Shown here piece after piece: positions 52,660-55,532 of a DNA stretch of 55,532 nt (position 1 is the first letter of the stretch; each line of letters begins with the position of its first letter). The notes under the pieces are model-generated. The model was not told where the DNA came from and did no database searches. It worked only from the letters and a program-made list of their open reading frames with translations. Origin of the DNA: a virus (Duplodnaviria > Caudoviricetes); IMG/VR virus record IMGVR_UViG_3300045738_001117, positions 1 through 55,532 of that record, one strand, 5' to 3'. The position numbers and the translations under genes were made by a program.

Positions 52660-52738
52660 AAAAATGGGAAAGCAGCCATTGGGGTTAAGAGTGTCCCGAG
52701 AGGTAGGGAATAAGAAGGGGTAGCCACTTTCCCTTTTA
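52660..52738 (-). ncRNA. Candidate structured RNA cassette 6 with C/U-rich loop
   Basis: GGGAAAGUGGCUA/UGGCUGCUUUCCC 13-bp stem (3 GU) plus AAAA/UUUU extension. Confidence 0.55.
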
Positions 52739-52750
52739 GTCAATATTAAC

Positions 52751-53035
52751 TTAATCTTTATTGTCCTTTAAGTCAATGTTTAGTTTAAGTTGATTATCTT
52801 TTCTTGGATTCCAGTCAAAATCAACAAGGAAGTACTTACCTCCACCATACCTTCCATAAAATGTATTACTTTTGTCACTGTTTGTCCAAGCTGTTAGTAT
52901 GTCTTCATATGGAACAAACATCTCACCGTCTTTATACTTAATAACAAGTTGTTCCTTTTTCTCAATACAAGATTCAATTATTGGGCTGCGAACTGATACT
53001 TGTCCTCTAAATATCTTTTTTGATTTGTATATCAT
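52751..53035 (-). CDS. Hypothetical protein
   Basis: GAGAGGTG SD before ATG 53035; YFLVDFDW C-terminal motif. Confidence 0.75.
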   Translation of the reverse strand: MIYKSKKIFRGQVSVRSPIIESCIEKKEQLVIKYKDGEMFVPYEDILTAWTNSDKSNTFYGRYGGGKYFLVDFDWNPRKDNQLKLNIDLKDNKD

Positions 53036-53060
53036 GTTCACCTCTCTTCCACTCATAAAG

Positions 53061-53148
53061 ATAAGCGGCCTTTAAGCAAGAGCGCTGTTCGCTTTTCCAC
53101 ATCGTGCAATCAGGTACCAATAGATGATACTCCTTAAAGACCACTTAT
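53061..53148 (-). ncRNA. Candidate structured RNA cassette 7
   Basis: AUAAGUGGUCUUUAAG/CUUAAAGGCCGCUUAU uninterrupted 16-bp stem (2 GU); 56-nt core. Confidence 0.6.
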
Positions 53149-53173
53149 TCATTATTAGGATTAGTACTATGAA

Positions 53174-53476
53174 CTACTTTGTAGTAGTATTATTTGTATT
53201 AGTCTTGTTTGTGGTGGTAGTAGTATACTTATTCCTAAGAGTATTGAACTCATTTCTAAATTCAGTCATCTTCTTAGAGTACTCACCATCTTTACCAATG
53301 CCTGAAAAGTACAGCTGTGGCGTTACATTCGCACCATTAGCACTTTTCATCCATCTTTTAGTTGTAGTGTGTCTACTACTTGCGAGGCCTTCTTCCTGCA
53401 TAGTACTTAGAGCATCTTTACTTATGATGCCTTCATTGTGTAGCTTCTCAGCCTCATTCAGCGTTAGTCTTCCCAT
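53174..53476 (-). CDS. Hypothetical protein with Thr/Asn-rich tail
   Basis: AAAGGAG SD before ATG ~53476. Confidence 0.75.
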   Translation of the reverse strand: MGRLTLNEAEKLHNEGIISKDALSTMQEEGLASSRHTTTKRWMKSANGANVTPQLYFSGIGKDGEYSKKMTEFRNEFNTLRNKYTTTTTNKTNTNNTTTK

Positions 53477-53744
53477 TCTCTGAGTCTCCTTTTTCTTCCA
53501 GTAAACCATCATGTGTGTCTATTGCATCACATTGTTCTAATGTAAATGAATGATAACTGGGGTTTATTGTGAGTTGATTTCTATTCAATGTTTCAAATAC
53601 CATAATTTGCTTACCATTGAACAGCTTTGATCCTTTATATACTATCTCCCTGAATGTCGTACCATCGTTAATCCCGACTGTATATATAGAACCAGGTGTG
53701 AATAAGTAATCTGAATATGATCTATCATTCGTGAAGTCTACCAT
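53454..53744 (-). CDS. Hypothetical small beta-barrel protein
   Basis: Overlapping operon ORF. Confidence 0.7.
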   Translation of the reverse strand: MVDFTNDRSYSDYLFTPGSIYTVGINDGTTFREIVYKGSKLFNGKQIMVFETLNRNQLTINPSYHSFTLEQCDAIDTHDGLLEEKGDSENGKTNAE

Positions 53745-54169
53745 TCTTCGCCCCCTCCCTTGTTTTCTCTTTTAATCTCTGTGCTTGCATCTATATCCTC
53801 TTCACTTGCTATTCCTGCAAAGGATGCAAGACTATATCTGCGAAAGTATGTTATTGCACTACCAACCGACTGGTATGTATTCATTCCTTTATGCTCTGCT
53901 ATTGGAGATGAGACTGTATTGGCAATCCATTCTCCTGAGTTATGCATGTACATGGTTGTTAAACCTATACTACCTGCAGCCCCATCTGGCATTTGTATAA
54001 AAGATATACCATGTTTAGCAAGCAATGGTCTTAGGTACTGAACTAGCTTGTCAAACGATGTGTACTTATATCCATAGCCAGTACTGTCTTTGGAAATATC
54101 CTTAATCTCTTTTTGCAACGCCAGTTGCGCTGTTGCAAGAGACTTGATTGATTCTGACTTTTGTATCAT
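53738..54169 (-). CDS. erf: ERF-family single-strand annealing protein
   Basis: HNSGEW, QSVGSAITYFRRYSL...EEDID. Confidence 0.92.
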   Translation of the reverse strand: MIQKSESIKSLATAQLALQKEIKDISKDSTGYGYKYTSFDKLVQYLRPLLAKHGISFIQMPDGAAGSIGLTTMYMHNSGEWIANTVSSPIAEHKGMNTYQSVGSAITYFRRYSLASFAGIASEEDIDASTEIKRENKGGGEEW

Positions 54170-54912
54170 CCCTTCCTCTCCTTTATGTATGGACTATCGC
54201 ACATATGATTATATGCGCAATAGTTACATTCCCACTCTTGAAATGGAACTCCTTCAGTTTCAGCTGGGATTAACTCTCCTTTGATTGCTTCATTACAGTC
54301 TTTCCAATACTTAAGAGCTTTGCCAGCCCATTCAGGCTCCACTTCTACATTCTTCATACTGCTATTATCTTTATTATAGTAGTCTATATTTAAGAATACC
54401 TCTTCTACATCTTCTTTTTGTGCTATACCGAGAGCATACGTACCAAGCTGAAGATTATAGTTGATATTACTCTCATCCCTGTTCTCTTTTTTCCCAAACT
54501 TCTTACGCCAAGGATACGAGCCCATAGTTTTAAGATCACTTATATATGCAACACTATCTGATATTAAAACATTATCTAGCCTTCCCTTAACCCTAATATC
54601 AGGAATCTCAACTTCATACTCCGTGTGTATTGTATCACCTGATTTTGCATACTCTGAGTCTGGATCGTCCATAAATTGATTGATTGCCATTTCAAAGTCT
54701 TTATGTACTAAAGTTCCAAGCCTTAAAAGTCTCTTAACCCTCGAATCAAAAGGTTTTTCATCAGCCCTGTCTAATGCAAACTTCTGCTTTTTAAAACAAT
54801 TGCCTGCAGTAGAAGCACTGAACCAATAGCCTCTTTTTTTGCGAACTTCTTTTTCTTTAGCTATTTTATGGTCTAAATAGTTTTCATAAATAGCTTCTAT
54901 ATCAAAGTGCAC
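54166..54912 (-). CDS. Cas4-like PD-(D/E)xK exonuclease
   Basis: SAS..G.C, GTLVH, GRLD, DLKT, QLGTY, CNYCAY...C. Confidence 0.9.
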   Translation of the reverse strand: MHFDIEAIYENYLDHKIAKEKEVRKKRGYWFSASTAGNCFKKQKFALDRADEKPFDSRVKRLLRLGTLVHKDFEMAINQFMDDPDSEYAKSGDTIHTEYEVEIPDIRVKGRLDNVLISDSVAYISDLKTMGSYPWRKKFGKKENRDESNINYNLQLGTYALGIAQKEDVEEVFLNIDYYNKDNSSMKNVEVEPEWAGKALKYWKDCNEAIKGELIPAETEGVPFQEWECNYCAYNHMCDSPYIKERKG

Positions 54913-54914
54913 AC

Positions 54915-55157
54915 CTACTTATCCCAAGGACCTGAGGTATCTGCGTCTTTACTTTTCTCACCATTTTCGACAACAGATATTTGCATGCTCAGATACTTAG
55001 CGCCTTTCTTTGACGTTGTTTTCCACATAGCGATACTATATTTACCTTGTTCGAGTATCTCTTCCAGCTCTATTGAGCCAGAGAAGTCTGGTGATTTATC
55101 GCTGGTTTTATCTTTTGGAAATGCATAACCCCTACCTACCTTTTTATATGTAGCCAT
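54915..55157 (-). CDS. DUF736-like putative ssDNA-binding protein
   Basis: KSPDFSGSI...AMWK...KYLSMQI, acidic tail ending PW; next to exonuclease and ERF. Confidence 0.65.
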   Translation of the reverse strand: MATYKKVGRGYAFPKDKTSDKSPDFSGSIELEEILEQGKYSIAMWKTTSKKGAKYLSMQISVVENGEKSKDADTSGPWDK

Positions 55158-55209
55158 GTTGGTTTTCTCCTTATTTAATCAGTTAATTAGATTGCTCTTA
55201 ACGCCTCTA

Positions 55210-55238
55210 AATTTAATAATATACAACCTTAGAATCAA
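55210..55238 (-). promoter_or_regulatory. Sigma70-type promoter for the recombination/replication genes
   Basis: TTGATT-17 nt-TAAATT upstream of the AAGGAG SD of 55157; same -10 hexamer as the 4007 promoter. Confidence 0.65.
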
Positions 55239-55532
55239 ACAGTTTCTAACCAATCTTTCATTTCATCGACGGTGCCATCAAAGATATCTTTATTATCATA
55301 AACTTTATGTACTCTTACTTTTAACATATCATTAGTTTCTTCTATACAACGATGAACATATATTGTGTATATATACTCTTCTCCATAATCTCTTGTATTT
55401 GCAGTATGAAGATAAAAATCTCCCGCTCCTTGTTTAAAATGACTTATTACTTGAGCAGCCAAACAACTCATTCCGTTAGCTAATGAGTCATCACTTCTAC
55501 CCACAGGTAATCCATTTACAATATCCATACCT
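55235..55532 (-). CDS. 3' part of the junction-spanning gene that starts at 298
   Basis: In frame across the terminal overlap. Confidence 0.85.
   Translation of the reverse strand, partial: GMDIVNGLPVGRSDDSLANGMSCLAAQVISHFKQGAGDFYLHTANTRDYGEEYIYTIYVHRCIEETNDMLKVRVHKVYDNKDIFDGTVDEMKDWLETV
55357..55532. repeat. Terminal direct repeat / circular overlap, right copy
   Basis: Matches 1-176 with one mismatch. Confidence 0.97.

Noticed and set aside
54166-54912. CRISPR adaptation Cas4
   Set aside because: No cas1/cas2 or array; sits beside ERF and SSB as an ordinary recombination exonuclease

Overview
The window is a circularly complete, ~55.36-kb genome of an uncultured-type tailed phage with podovirus-like architecture. 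It has a 176-bp terminal overlap (1-176 = 55357-55532, one mismatch) that falls inside a gene. Two transcription blocks diverge at ~3.9-4.0 kb and converge at ~46.45 kb. The + block (4047-46444) encodes TerS, a metallophosphoesterase, TerL, an M15 endolysin, portal, scaffold, major capsid protein, decoration/ring/tail proteins, two tail fibres with S74 chaperones, holin-like genes, a tail nozzle and a set of ejected internal proteins. One of these is a 2704-aa polyprotein combining an AlkB-type 2OG-Fe(II) dioxygenase, a HExxH zincin and a DFDGD two-barrel RNA polymerase, i.e. a probable virion RNAP. The - block (3902 to 1, wrapping to 46498) encodes many small early proteins plus a DUF736-like SSB, Cas4-like exonuclease, ERF recombinase, DUF932 protein, adenine methyltransferase, DnaB helicase and RuvC-like resolvase. 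I see no DNA polymerase, primase, integrase, tRNA or CRISPR array. The two most unusual signals are the AlkB-protease-RNAP polyprotein and at least seven intergenic RNA cassettes in the early block, each a unique 40-116-nt core closed by a 9-24-bp stem whose G-U pairs fall on the transcribed strand. All family calls come from motif recognition by eye; no searches were run and the host cannot be assigned.
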